Positions 49,148-61,599 of a stretch of 64,000 nt of DNA are shown one piece after another. Every line of letters starts with the position of its first letter. Within the stretch, counting starts at the first letter, position 1. The translations under genes and the position numbers were made by a program. Below the pieces are notes generated by a model. It searched no databases and was not told where the DNA came from. It saw only the letters and a program-made list of their open reading frames with translations. This DNA comes from Mobula hypostoma (taxonomy: Eukaryota). The stretch spans positions 81,346,001 through 81,410,000 of the forward strand of contig NC_086108.1 of the NCBI RefSeq assembly GCF_963921235.1, in the 5' to 3' direction.

Positions 49148-52100
49148 TCTTCCAATGGTGAGTAATCATGTATGAGTCATTGTTCTTCCTCCAACTGAAT
49201 CATTTCTTTAATAATGATTCATACTCAGGATATGGAAGTTGCGTGGCAAGGTCAACATAATGACCCATCCCTGGTTCCCTGGTTGCTCTTGTGAAATCGG
49301 CGCACTTTCCCAGAAATGAAGGATTTTCTGAGTAATTTTCATTAGAGTATTCGATAATTCTTTCATTATTTTTTAATCATTACATTAACTGAAGTCCTTT
49401 TACACTGTTGGTTCACTACCTTTGCACCTCACTACCAGAAGTTTTCGATCTGCTTGAAACTCAGGCTAAATGTTGGATGATTAGTACAGGATACTAAACA
49501 TCATTTCAATTCTGGACACACTACTTGGTAAAGTGCCAGATACTTCATATGGTACTAGACACCAGACATTTTACAAATCTGGATATTTTGCAATATTTCT
49601 GTGTTAATGACTAAATATTATCGCATAGCTGAATACAGCGTTTTTATAATACTGGGGACTGTCATGTTACATACTGACCCAAGTCTTATGAAAGCTGGAA
49701 TATTACTATCATCATTACATCACTGAAAGCACTATATGATTACAGAGTTGAAATTACAGTATTATCAGAGCTTAGGACTGCCAATACCAGATATCAAAAA
49801 CTAGAAAATGCTGTTAACACTTCAAGCAAGCTCTTTGGTTGACCTCTTACTTCGGGCCAAGGGTTTTGGAGAGTCAGTGGCATCAGGATTTACTATCAAG
49901 TTGAGAGTTAATCAGAGATAGAATTTGCGGCCAAGGGGTCACAGACGGTAAGACAATTGAACAAATGTTTGGGAAATGGGGGAACATGGTGGGAACAGTG
50001 AGGCGGGATAGAAAAAATCGTGGACTGGATTTCAGAATGGGGTTGGTCAGGCATGTAATTTAGGATCCTAAGAACATTAGCAGAGATGGAAGGGTGCAGG
50101 GCTCTTAAGTCCTTTCTTGAAGTATATGAGCTTTGCTGGGCAACCTGGTGGGTGGGCAACAGCTTACCAGACATAACTGAGCAGTAATCAGATCCTAAGA
50201 TCCCATGAGAACAGCCATGCACAATATATCAGGCAGATATCTCAAAGCAGGTTGTTTCTAACAAAACAGCAAATTTCTCTTTTCAGGTTAATTATTCCAG
50301 TAAAATTACTTAAACATTCAATCAGAAAGAATGCCTCAAGATCAGTTTTCTGTTTGACTAAGTGCAGTTAATCCTGTCTGGGCTCCACCAAGCATTCCAT
50401 ACCATAGCACATATTGAAAAGTATATGGAATTATTCTCCACCCTTAGAATTCATTCTGCACCCAGCATCTTGCAGAACAGTAAAAATATTCCAGGAGTCC
50501 ATGCCGGATATTGTGAGGAAAACATGTTGTCTGGACTGCAAACATGTAAAATCAGGCTTGGAGAATGCTAAATTTATGGGAATGGACAACTGAAAAAAAA
50601 TGAGTAGACTGAAGTAAATACAACACGCAGAGTCCATTTATTTTCACTTCCTAGTCACTTAGCTGCAATAGACAGTATTGAATACTCACCTAAATAAAGT
50701 CAGATGTCATCTTGGGAACTTCAAGTGGAAAAGAAAATGCATACTTTTATAAAGAAATCCAGCTGTATAACATGCCATTACAGAACATTACATGTGATAG
50801 GCTAGACATGCTGCCTGCAAAAATTTTATACATAGAATCATACCTATTTTTAGTTCAAGTAAACCAGACCGATGTGACTGTGAGATTGCAAACACTTTAG
50901 CCATATTTAATAATAATATAAGATCTTCGAATTACCAGCTGATAAAATCTTGTAGCTGTCTAGATATGGTTAAATGTTTGAATCAATTTATTCTGCCTTG
51001 TGCGCTGACCATTGGAAACTATTCTGCTTTCCACCTCCGCTGTGAGGAAGTCCAGTGAACTTCCAAATCCAGTAATTACATGAAGACATTAAGTACGTAA
51101 GTGAACACGGTGGTGTCTTCGAAAAGTGAGCGTAACTTAAAGTATTTGTCGTTTCTTAACTTAAAGTTGCAGTTGGAAAGTTCTGGGTACCCTGCGGTGG
51201 ATAATCAGATGTAGCTGATGAAGTGTCACAGCCCAAAGCGTTAACTGATGCTGCCTGACTTGTAAAGCTTCCCAGCATTTTGTATGTTGCCCAAGATTTC
51301 AGCATCTGCAGTCTTTTGTGTTTATCAAGTGTAGCTTAGGTATTGCATTATTTAAAGAGAGTGAGTAAATTGGTAAAGAGAGAGATCATCGCCACAAAAC
51401 ATCATTAGTTATCCCCTTCGATAACTAATCAAACATATGCTAATAAGTATGCTGCGTTTTAGAAATTTGTCTTACTTTGGTGTAATCTCTGTTCAAAGGT
51501 GGTGAGAGTCATGACAGGATGTCTCCGGACTAAAATGTTCTTTGAAAACAATTATTAATCACAGCCTTCAAATTTGTCATACATTGTGCAAGATCAAAGG
51601 AGGAGAATATAAATACATTACATTTAATGTAACTGTATAACATCAGAAAAATAATGTCATTAAATAGATTCAATAGCTCAACTGGCCACATTGTTTAAAC
51701 AAAGGTGATGGTATTTTTCAGCATGTTGAATCTGAAACTATGAGAAAAGTCAGCACGATATTATTAGCAGAGGAATTATTAATTTTATTCATAGGCTTTA
51801 TTTAGTGAAGCTTCCTTGTTCAAGCTGCTTGATTGAGCATTTGTTTTTTGCTCAAGTTGCTTCCTAAGTAAAGGCCGAAGAGAAAGATATGTGAAGTGTA
51901 AATGCTGGGCAGGACCCATGACAGACGTGCACAGTGAGGAGTCTCTAAGGTCTATAACAGAGCTACTGGAGGCGCATCTTGGCTCACTGCATTATCCCAC
52001 AAGCTGCAAACTATGACAGAGGCTGTGCATTCTGTGAGTTGGTTCAGGTATTCCTGCCTTGGAAATGGATTTTGAAACTCCCTCAGCACCCCACTTTCTT

Positions 52101-52365
52101 AGGAACATTTCAAACTAATTTTTCAAATATTATTTTCTTTGGGGCCGCAAGCCACCATGCCGACCAGAGCACCCAGAGGAATCCCACTTCTGCTTTCTCC
52201 AGCTTCTCATCCTTCCTACACCTTCAGCCTTGTTGGGGATGTGGAAAGAACAGAACTCTGCCCTCAGTAAAAGCTGTTACGTCAGGACAGGGCCAGGCAA
52301 GTCCTTCTGGCCCCTCATGAAGAAGTTACGTTTGTGTGAGATACTGTTGATAAGTTAATGTTTCG

Positions 52366-54793
52366 AACATAGAACATAGAATAGTACAGCACAGTACAGG
52401 CCCTTCAGCCCACAATGTTGTGCCGACCCTCAAACCCTGCCTCCCATATAAGCCCCCACCTTAAATTCCTCCATATACCTGTCTAGTAGTCTCTTAAACT
52501 TCACTAGTGTATCTGCCTCCACCACTGACTCAGGCAGTGCATTCTACGCACCAACCACTCTCTGAGTAAAAAACCTTCCTCTAATATCCCCCTTGAACTT
52601 CCCACCCCTTACCTTAAAGCCATATCCTCTTGTATTGAGCAGTGGTGCCCTGGGGAAGAGGCGCTGGCTATCCACTCTATCTATTCCTCTTATTATCTTG
52701 TACACCTCTATCATGTCTCCTCTCATCCTCCTTCTCTCTAAAGAGTAAAGCCCTAGCTCCCTTAATCTCTGATCATAATGCATACTCTCTAAACCAGGCA
52801 GCATCCTGGTAAATCTCCTCTGTACCCTTTCCAATTTCCAATGCTTCCACATCCTTCCTATAGTGAGACGACCAGAACTGGACACAGTACTCCAAGTGTG
52901 GCCTAACCAGAGTTTTATAGAGCTGCATCATTATATCGTGACTCTGTCCCTCAACTTATGAAAGCTAACACCCCATAAGCTTTCTTAACTACCCTATCCA
53001 CCTGTGAGGCAACTTTCAGGGATCTGTGGACATGTACCCCCAGATCCCTCTGCTCCTCCACACTACCAAGTATCCTGCCATTTACTTTGTACTCTGCCTT
53101 GGAGTTTGTCCTTCCAAAGTGTACCACCTCACACTTCTCCAGGTTGAACTCCATCTGACACTTCCAGCCCACTTCTGCATCCTATCAATGTCTCTCTGCA
53201 ATCTTTGACAATCCTCTACACTATCTACAACACCACCAACCTTTGCGTCATCTGCAAACTTGCCAACCCACCCTTCTACCCCCACATCCAGGTCGTTAAT
53301 AAAAATCACGAAAAGTAGAGGTCCCAGAACAGATCCTTGTGGGACACCACTAGTCACAATCCTCCAATCTGAATGTACTCCCTCCACCATGACCCTCTGC
53401 CTTCTGCAGGCAAGCCAATTCTGAATCCACCTGGCCAAACTTCCCTGGATCCCATGCCTTCTGACTTTCTGAATAAGCCTACCATGTGGAACCTTGTCAA
53501 ATGCCTTACAAAAATCCATATAGATCACATCCACTGCACTAGCCTCATCTATATGCCTGGTCACCTCCTCAAAGAACTCTATCAGGCTTGTTAGACATGA
53601 TCTGCCCTTCACAAAGCCATGCTGACTGTCCCTGATCAGACTATGATTCTCTAAATACCCAGAGATCCTATCTCTAAGAATCTTTTCCAACAGCTTTCCC
53701 ACCACAGATGTAAGGCTCACTGGTCTATAATTACCCAGACTATCCCTACTACCTTTTTTGAACAAGGGGACAATATTCGCTTCCCTCCAATCCTCTGGTA
53801 CCATTCCTGTGGACAACGAGGACATAAAGATCCTAGCCAGAGGCTCAGCAATCTCTTCCCTTGCCTCGTGGAGCAGCCTGGGGAATATTCCGTCAGGGCC
53901 CGGGGATTTATCCGTCCTAATGTATTTTAACAACTCCAACACCTCCTCTCCTTTAATATCAACATGCTCTAGAACATCAACCTCACTCATATTGTCCTCA
54001 CTCTCATCAAGTTCCCTCTCATTGGTGAATACCAAAGAGAAGTATTCATTGAGGACCTCGCTCACTTCCACAGCCTCCAGGCACATCTTCCCACCTTTAT
54101 CTCTAATCAGTCCTACCTTCACTCCTGTCACCCTTTTTTTCTTCACATAATTGAAGAATGCCTTGGGGTTTTCCTTTACCCTACTCGCCAAGGCCTTCTC
54201 ATGCCCCCTTCTTAAGCTCCTTTCTTGCTTTCCTATATTCTTCCATATACCCATTTGATCCTTGCTTCCTAAACCTCATGTATGCTGCCTGCTTCCACCT
54301 GACTAGATTTTCCACCTTACTTGTCACCCATGGTTCCTTCACCCTACCATTCTTTATCTTCCTCACCAGGACAAATTTATCCCTAACATCCTGCAAGAGA
54401 TCTCTAAGCATTGACCACATGTCCATAGTACATTTCCCTGCAAAAATTCACACCCCCAGGTTCTAGCCTTATAACCTCATAATTTGCCCTTCCCCAATTA
54501 AAAATTTTCCTATCCTCTCTGATTCTATCGTTTTCCATGATAATGCTAAAGGCCGGGGAGCGATGGTCACTGTCCCCCAGATGCTCACCCACTGAGAGAT
54601 CTGTGACCTGTGATCATTACCAAGTACTAGATCTAGTATGGCATTCCCCTAGTCGGTCTGTCCACATACTGTGACAGGAATCCATCCTGGACACACTTAA
54701 CAAACTCTGTCCCATCTAAACCCTTGGAACTAATCAGGTGCCTATCAATATTAGGAAAGTTAAAGTCACCCACGATAACAACCCTATTATTTT
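52366..54793 (-). mobile_element. CR1 LINE, 5'-truncated, frameshifted ORF2
   Basis: ORF 53082-54254 has RT motifs (NYRPVSLTS, DFCKAFDKVPH, PQGSVLGP, FADD); EN remnants (GDFNFP, GDSDH); (TTCTATG)n tail. Confidence 0.95.
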
Positions 54794-54799
54794 AACAGG

Positions 54800-55265
54800 A
54801 TATCGTTGGACAGGTCATTTGGCCCATCATGGTTGTTCCAGGCACTATGCCAAATTAAACTAAATCTCTTCTGCACAATTTCTACATCTCTCCATTCTTT
54901 GCATTTCCATCTGTCTATCAAGTAGCCTATTAAACACCACCATTGTATATGCTTCCACCTCTCCACTTGACAGATGCCCTGTATACCTCCTTCATATTTT
55001 CCCCTTCACCCCAAATGTATGATCTCCATTATTTGAAATTCCATCCTTAGGAAAAATGTTCTGACTCTCTGCCTATCTATGCTTCTCATCAGTTTATAAA
55101 CTTCCATCAGCTCTCCCCTCAGCCTCTAATTCTCTAGAGAAAACAACTCAAATTTGTCCAACTTGATCCGATAGCTTATACCCGTTAACACAGACAGCAT
55201 CCTGGTAAACCTCTTCTGCACCCTTTCCAAAGCCTCCATATCTTCCCTGTAATAGGATGACCAGA
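54800..55265 (-). mobile_element. Older CR1 3' relic
   Basis: EALERVQKRFTRML and LDKFELFSLE remnants. Confidence 0.65.
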
Positions 55266-55745
55266 ATGGGAATTAGAATTGGAATTGGTTTATTATTGTC
55301 CCATATACTGAGCTCATCTTGCTACTGTCCATACAGACCAGATCATTATACAATGCACTCAGGTAGAACAAGGGAAAGCAACAACAGAATATAGAATAAC
55401 GTAACAGCTACAGAGAACGTGCAGTGCAGATAAACAAAGTGCAAGATCAAAGCGAGGTAGATTGTGAGGTCAAGAGTCTATCTTATCATACTGGAGATCC
55501 ATCCAATGGTCTTGTAACAGTGGAATAGAAGCTGTCCTTGAGCCCCGTGGGACATGCATTCAGGCTTGTGTATCTTCTGCTTGATAGAAGAGGGGAGAAA
55601 GGAGAATGCCTGGGGTGAGTGAGGTCTTTGGTTATGCTGGCTGTTTTACTGAGACAGCAAGAAGTAAAGACAGAGCCCGTGGAAGAGCTGAGTCCACAGC
55701 TCTCTGGAGTTTCTTGCAGTCCCATGCAGAGCAGTTGCAATACCA
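55266..55745 (-). mobile_element. Rex1/Babar-like 3' end, target of the adjacent CR1
   Basis: KTASITKDLTHPRHSPFSPLLSSRRY..LKDSFY; continues briefly after 58420. Confidence 0.8.
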
Positions 55746-58413
55746 TGAGACCATAAGACCATAAGACAAAGGAGCAGAAGTCGGCCATTTGGCCCATCGA
55801 GTCTGCTTCGCCATTTTAACATGAGCTGATCCATTCTCCCATTTAGTCCCACTCCCCCGCCTTCTCACCATAACCTTTGATGCCCTGGCTACTCAGATAC
55901 CTATCAATCTCTGCTTTAAATACACCCAATGACTTGGCCTCCACTGTTGCCCGTGGCAACGAATTCCATAGATTCACCACCCTCTGACTAAAAAAATTTC
56001 TTCGCATTTCTGTTCTGAATGGACGCCCTTCAATCCTTAAGTCATGCCCTCTCGTACCAGACTCCCCCATCATGCGAAACAACTTTGCCACATCCACTCT
56101 GTCCATGCGTTTCAACATTTGAAATGTTTCTATGAGGTCTCCCCTCATTCTTCTAAACTCCAAGGAATACAGTCCAAGAGCGGACAAACGTTCCTCATAT
56201 GTTAACCCTCTCATTCCCAGAATCATTCTAGTGAATCTTCTCTGTACCCTCTCCAACGTCAGCACATTCTTTCTTAAATAAGGAGACCAAAACTGCGCAC
56301 AGTACTCCAAGTGAGGTCTCACCAGTGCCTTATAGAACCTCAACATCACATCTCTGCTCCTATACTCTATTCCTCTAGAAATGAATGCCAACATTGCATT
56401 CGCCTTCTTCACTACTGACTCAACCTGGAGGTTAACTTTAAGGGTATCCTGTACGAGGACTTCCAAGTCCTGTTGCATCTCAGAACTTTGAATTCTTTCC
56501 CCATTTAAATGATAATCCGCCCATTTATTTTTTCTGCCAAAGTGCACAACTGTACACTTTCCAACATTGTACTTCATTTGCCCATTCTCTGCCCATTCTT
56601 CCAATCTATCCAAGTCTCTCTGCAGACTCTCTGTTTCCTCAGCACTACCAGCCCCTCCACCTATCTTCGTATCGTCAGCAAACTTAGCCACAAAGCCATC
56701 TATTCCATAATCCAAATCGTTGATGTACAATGTAAAAAGAAGCGGCCCCAACACAGACCCCTGTGGAACACCACTGGTAACCGGCAGCCAACCAGAATAG
56801 GATCCCTTTATTCCCACTCTCTGTTTCCTGCCAATCAGCCAACGCTCTATCCACGTATGTAACTTTCCCGTAATTCCATGGGCTCTTATCTTATTAAGTA
56901 GCCTCATGTGTGGCACCTTGTCAAAGGCCTTCTGAAAATCCAAATATATAACATCCACTGCATCTCCCTTGTCTAGCCTGCTGGTAATTTCCTCAAAAAA
57001 TTGTAATAGGTTTGTCAGGCAGGATTTTCCTGTAAGGAACTCATGCTGAGTTCTGCCTATCTTGTCATATGCCTCCAGGTACTCTGTAACCTCATCCTTG
57101 ACAATCAACTCCAACAACTTCCCAACCACCAATGTCAAGCTAACAGGTCTATAATTTCCTTTTTGCTTTCTTGCCCCCTTCTTAAATAGCGGAGTGACAT
57201 TTGCAATCTTCCAGTCCTCCGGAACCATGCCAGAATCTATCGACTTTTGAAAGATCATCGCTAATGCCTCCGCAATCTCCACAGCTACTTCCTTCAGAAC
57301 ATACGGGTGCATTCCATCTGGTCCGGGAGATTTATCTACCTTTAGACTATTCAGCTTCCTGAGTACTTTCTCTGTCGTAATTGTGACTGCGCACACTTCT
57401 CTTCCCTGCCACCCTTGAGTGTCCGGTATACTGCTGATGTCGTCCTCAGTGAAGTCTGATGCAAAATACTCGTTCAGTTCCTCTGCCATCTCCTTATCTC
57501 CCATTATAATTTCTCCAGTATCATTTTCTATCGGTCCTATATCTACTCTCACCTGTCTTTTATTCTTTATATACTTGAAAAAGCTTTTAGTATCTTCTTT
57601 GATATTATTTGCTAGCTTCCTTCCATAGTTAATCTTTTCCCTCTTAATGACCTTCTTGGTTTCCTTCTGTAAGGTTTTAAAAACTTTCCAATCCTCTGTC
57701 TTCCCACTAATTTTTCCTTCCTTGTATACCCTCTCCTTTGCTTTAATTTTAGCTTTGACTTCTCTTGTCAACCATGGTTGCATCCTTTTTCCACTCGAAA
57801 ATTTCTTCTTTTTTGGAATATACCTGTCTTGCACCTTCCTCACTTCCTGCATAAACTCCAGCCACTGCTGCTCTGCTGTCTTTCCCGCCAGTGTCCCTTT
57901 CCAGTCAACTTTGGCCAGTTCCTCTCTCATGCCACTGTAATTTCCTTTACTCCACTGAAATACTGACACATCAGATTTCGGCTTCTCTTTTTCAAATTTC
58001 ACAGTGAACTCAATCGTGTTATGATCACTGTCTCCTAAGGGTTCCTTCACCTCAATCTCTCTAATCACCTCCGGTTCATTACACAATACCCAACCCAGTA
58101 CAGTCGATCCCCTAGTGAGCTCAACAACAAGCTGTTCTAAAAAGCCATCTTGCAGACATTCTACAAATTCTCTCTCTTGAGATCCAGTGCCGACCTGATT
58201 TTCCCAATCCACTGGCATGTTAAAATCCCCCACAATTATCATAACACTGCCCTTCTGACAAGCCTTTTCTATTTCCAGTTGTAATTTGTAGTCCACATCC
58301 TTGCAGCTGTTTGGAGGCCTATAAATAACTGCCATCAGGGTCCTTTTACTCCTTAGCTCAACCCATAAAGATTCTGCACCTTCTGATCCTATATCACCTC
58401 TTTACAATGATTT
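55746..58413 (-). mobile_element. Young CR1/HER1-like LINE, 5'-truncated
   Basis: (TCTTATGG)n tail; AATACCA duplicated at 55739-55745 and 58414-58420. Confidence 0.95.
55843..58335 (-). CDS. CR1 ORF2, uninterrupted 830 codons (C-terminal part of APE endonuclease plus complete RT); N-terminus missing
   Basis: YRPPNS, GDFN, SDHN, NYRPVSLT, LDFQKAFDKVPH, GVPQGSVLGP, KFADD, PHLEYC, VNLWNSLP. Confidence 0.85.
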   Translation of the reverse strand: MAVIYRPPNSCKDVDYKLQLEIEKACQKGSVMIIVGDFNMPVDWENQVGTGSQEREFVECLQDGFLEQLVVELTRGSTVLGWVLCNEPEVIREIEVKEPLGDSDHNTIEFTVKFEKEKPKSDVSVFQWSKGNYSGMREELAKVDWKGTLAGKTAEQQWLEFMQEVRKVQDRYIPKKKKFSSGKRMQPWLTREVKAKIKAKERVYKEGKISGKTEDWKVFKTLQKETKKVIKREKINYGRKLANNIKEDTKSFFKYIKNKRQVRVDIGPIENDTGEIIMGDKEMAEELNEYFASDFTEDDISSIPDTQGWQGREVCAVTITTEKVLRKLNSLKVDKSPGPDGMHPYVLKEVAVEIAEALAMIFQKSIDSGMVPEDWKIANVTPLFKKGARKQKGNYRPVSLTLVVGKLLELIVKDEVTEYLEAYDKIGRTQHEFLTGKSCLTNLLQFFEEITSRLDKGDAVDVIYLDFQKAFDKVPHMRLLNKIRAHGITGKLHTWIERWLIGRKQRVGIKGSYSGWLPVTSGVPQGSVLGPLLFTLYINDLDYGIDGFVAKFADDTKIGGGAGSAEETESLQRDLDRLEEWAENGQMKYNVGKCTVVHFGRKNKWADYHLNGERIQSSEMQQDLEVLVQDTLKVNLQVESVVKKANAMLAFISRGIEYRSRDVMLRFYKALVRPHLEYCAQFWSPYLRKNVLTLERVQRRFTRMILGMRGLTYEERLSALGLYSLEFRRMRGDLIETFQMLKRMDRVDVAKLFRMMGESGTRGHDLRIEGRPFRTEMRRNFFSQRVVNLWNSLPRATVEAKSLGVFKAEIDRYLSSQGIKGYGEKAGEWD

Positions 58414-59280
58414 AATACCAAGCTGTAATGCTCCAAGGGAGGCCTAAGTTATATATAGCTGCATTTGTATGTATTATGTGGAATTGGCCTCACTTCTAAC
58501 CTCAAGGAAATTCCATTATCTATATAATAGAATAAAATGCAATGGTTTTTGACCCTTTTTACATGTATCGTTGTTTATTTCCTTAGAAATTAAAGCCATG
58601 TTCTTCCTTAAACCAAGTCAATTGGGGCAGTTAAAAAAAGTTCAAAATGTTGAAGTATTTTGATTGAATAAGCATTGAAAACTAAATCCACAAGCAGGAG
58701 ATTAGTAAACAGGAGGTAACATTTTAGGATGATGGGGAAAATAATTAAAGGGTATTTGAAGAGAATTGTTTTTTTTCTGGAACACTCACAACATGCTGGA
58801 GGAACTCAGCAGGTCGGGTAGCATCTGTGGAAACGATGAGTCGACTTTTCAGGCTGGAGCCCTTCATTTTCTGATTTGGAAGGCATATCCTGAAAGAATA
58901 GGGGTGGCAGATTCACTATAACTTTCAAAATGAACTGGATGTATCATCAGAGTGATACTTTCAGGGCTATGGAGAAAAAGGTCATTTGCTTGAAGGGGAG
59001 AACTCTATCAAGAAGCTCTGCTGCTCACTCAAGCAGCAATTAGATATGCTGGAATCTAGGCCAGGGTACATAATTGCTTAAGTGAACACAATTGTGTCAA
59101 AATAGAAAATAATCAAAACCGGTCAGGTGGCATCTCTGGAATAAGTAACATGCACAAAATGCTGAAGGAATTCAGCAGGTCAGGCAGCATCTAAGCAGAG
59201 GAATAAATGGTCGATGTTTTGTGCGGAGACTCTTCAACAGAAATTTTTCAAAGTTCAAAATAAATCTATTATCAAAGTAC

Positions 59281-59795
59281 CATTCACCGAAAGTGGAAAT
59301 TCCTAGTGGCCAAATATTTTAATTCTGATTCCCATTTCTGTTCTGACATGTCAGTCCATGGCCTCCTCTTGTAACATGAAGAGGCCACCCTCAGGGTGGA
59401 GGAGCAACACCTTATAATCCATCAAGGTAGCCTCCAACCTGATGGCATGAATATTGATTTCTCCTTCCGGTTAAAAAAAACTGTTGGCTTCCCCTCCCTT
59501 CTTCTAATATTCCCCACTCTGGCCTCTTCCTCTTCACATCTGCCTATCACCTCCCCTGGGCCCATCTTCCTTCCCTTTCTCCTATGGTCCACTGAACTCT
59601 CCTATCAATTTCTAACTATCCTCATTCCCTTCCACCCACCTTTTTACTCTGGTGTCTCCCCGCTTCCTTTCCAGACTGAAGAAGGGTCTCGGCCTGAAAC
59701 GTCGACTGTTCATTCATTTCCATGGATGTTCCCTGACCTGTTGAGTTCCTCTAGCATTTTGTATATCCAGCATCTGCAGAATTTCTCATGTTTAT
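59281..59795 (+). mobile_element. Penelope-like element 3' end (GIY-YIG C-terminus plus terminal repeat with hammerhead core)
   Basis: VAKYFNSDSH..DMSVHGLL..EATLRVEEQHLI..GSLQPDGMNIDFS; then CTGAAGAAGGGTCTCGGCCTGAAACGTCGACT at 59676-59707. Confidence 0.85.
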
Positions 59796-59997
59796 AAAAC
59801 ACATATCGATCATATAAAACCCTGAGAATCATTTTCTTGTGGGCATATTTAATAAATCCAATAACCATAATAGAATCAATACGAGACCACACCAACAGGG
59901 TGGACAACCAATGTGCAACTGACAACAAACTGTGCAAATACTAAAATAAGGAGGAAAAAAAGAAATAGTAATAATAATAATAATATTGTTGACAATC

Positions 59998-60535
59998 TGA
60001 ATTTATTTGAATTTGAATTTATTTAAATCTTATATCCATCCCACAAGATGAAGGAATAAATATCTTTGCATTATGACTCCGTCGCAATGTACAGACATGT
60101 GAATTTATAAGCCTAATGGCTTGTAGAAAGAAGCTGTCCTGTAGCCTGTTGGTCCTGGCTTTAATGCTGTGGTAACATTTGCCAGACAGATGCCGCTATA
60201 AGTCTATGGTTGGGGTGACTGGTCTCCCCAATGATCTTCCAGGCCTTCTTTATGCACCCGCTGCTGTAAGTGTCCTCAATGGAGGGATGTTCACATCCAC
60301 AGATGCGCTGGGCTGTCTGTACCACTCTCTGAAGTGCTCAGTGATCAAAGTTGGTGAAGTTCCCGTACCAGGTGGTGATACAGCCAGTCAGGATGCTCTG
60401 AATGGTGCCCCTGTAGAAGGTCTTGAGGATTTGGGTGCTCATGCCGAACTTCTTCAGTCGCCTGAGGTGGAGGAGATGCCGTTTTACTTTTTTTTGCCAC
60501 ACAGCCAGTGTGTACAGTCCAAGTGAGATCTTCAG
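59998..60535 (-). mobile_element. Rex1/Babar-like 3' fragment
   Basis: HLRRLKKFGMSTQILKTFYRGTIQSILTGCITTWYGN; (ATTCAA)n tail. Confidence 0.85.
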
Positions 60536-60539
60536 TGCA

Positions 60540-61270
60540 GGAAGCATCGAACGCCTGGCTCAAAGCTGAAGATGTCTTTGCAGAAACCCTAAGGTTCCAT
60601 GTAGCAAAACAGGGCCAGGTGGATAACACAAAAATATCAACAATACATAATAAAAGAGCAACAAATTCAAAATGGTAAATGCAGAAAATGTCAAGAGAAA
60701 GCAGAAACAATCCAACTGATTACAGGACCCTGCAGCAATTTAACTCAATCTGATTACAGTACTTACACAGACACAATCAAATGGCAAACATCATTCGCCA
60801 AAATCTTGCTTTAAAACACAAACACATATAAAACATCCGACCTTACTATAATTACAAGTCTGATCCAGTTTGAGAGCCAGAATCCTACAAATTATATTAC
60901 AACTGATCAGTTATTACAGATGGGACAATCCATAATAACCAGCCTGATATAATATTACAGGAAAAACAAGGAAGAATAACTTACTTAATAAATATAGCTA
61001 TTCCAAACACACATAACATACAGAAATCAACGAGTGAAAAACACCAGAAATATGTTGAATTAAAAGAGAAAATTGAAAGACTATGGAACATGAACAGGGT
61101 ATACATTGTCCCAATAGTAATACCCACAACCAGTATCATCCCAAAGTCACTACACAATAAGATTAAACAACATGGCAATATTTACATAAATCTCCAGAAA
61201 GGCACAATAAGAAACACCACAAGAATAATTCAAAAGTTCCTAGCAATTAAGAAATGAGTGTGTTTGGCTA
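60540..61270 (+). mobile_element. R4/Dong-like RLE retrotransposon 3' fragment
   Basis: CRKCQEKAETIQLITGPC, RHNQMANII, TIHNNQPDIIL..LINIAIP..EKHQKYVELKEKIERLW..IVPIVI. Confidence 0.75.
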
Positions 61271-61599
61271 TGGAAAAAATAAGCAATAAATATCAAGAAT
61301 ATGAGATGGAGAATCCTTGAAAATGAGTCTATACATTGTGGGAATAGTGATTAATGATTCATCATCACTGTGGAATGAGAAACAGTTAGCATTTCACTTA
61401 TTACCAGAACTTCACACCATCTGACCTGCAGAATTTCTCCAGTATTTATTGTTTTCATTTCTGATTTCCATGTCTGAAGTTGTTGTCTTATTTTCAGTTC
61501 CGATGGATAGAAATGAGTGTGCTTGGTTATGCCAATACTTCAGGTTTTACCAGCTTGAGGTGAGAGAAAGTAACAATACAACAATAATAATAAATAACA

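Noticed and set aside
52151..52270. GCCACCATG followed by a 37-aa ORF
   Set aside because: A given 9-mer can plausibly occur by chance in 64 kb read on both strands; no recognisable protein or promoter context.
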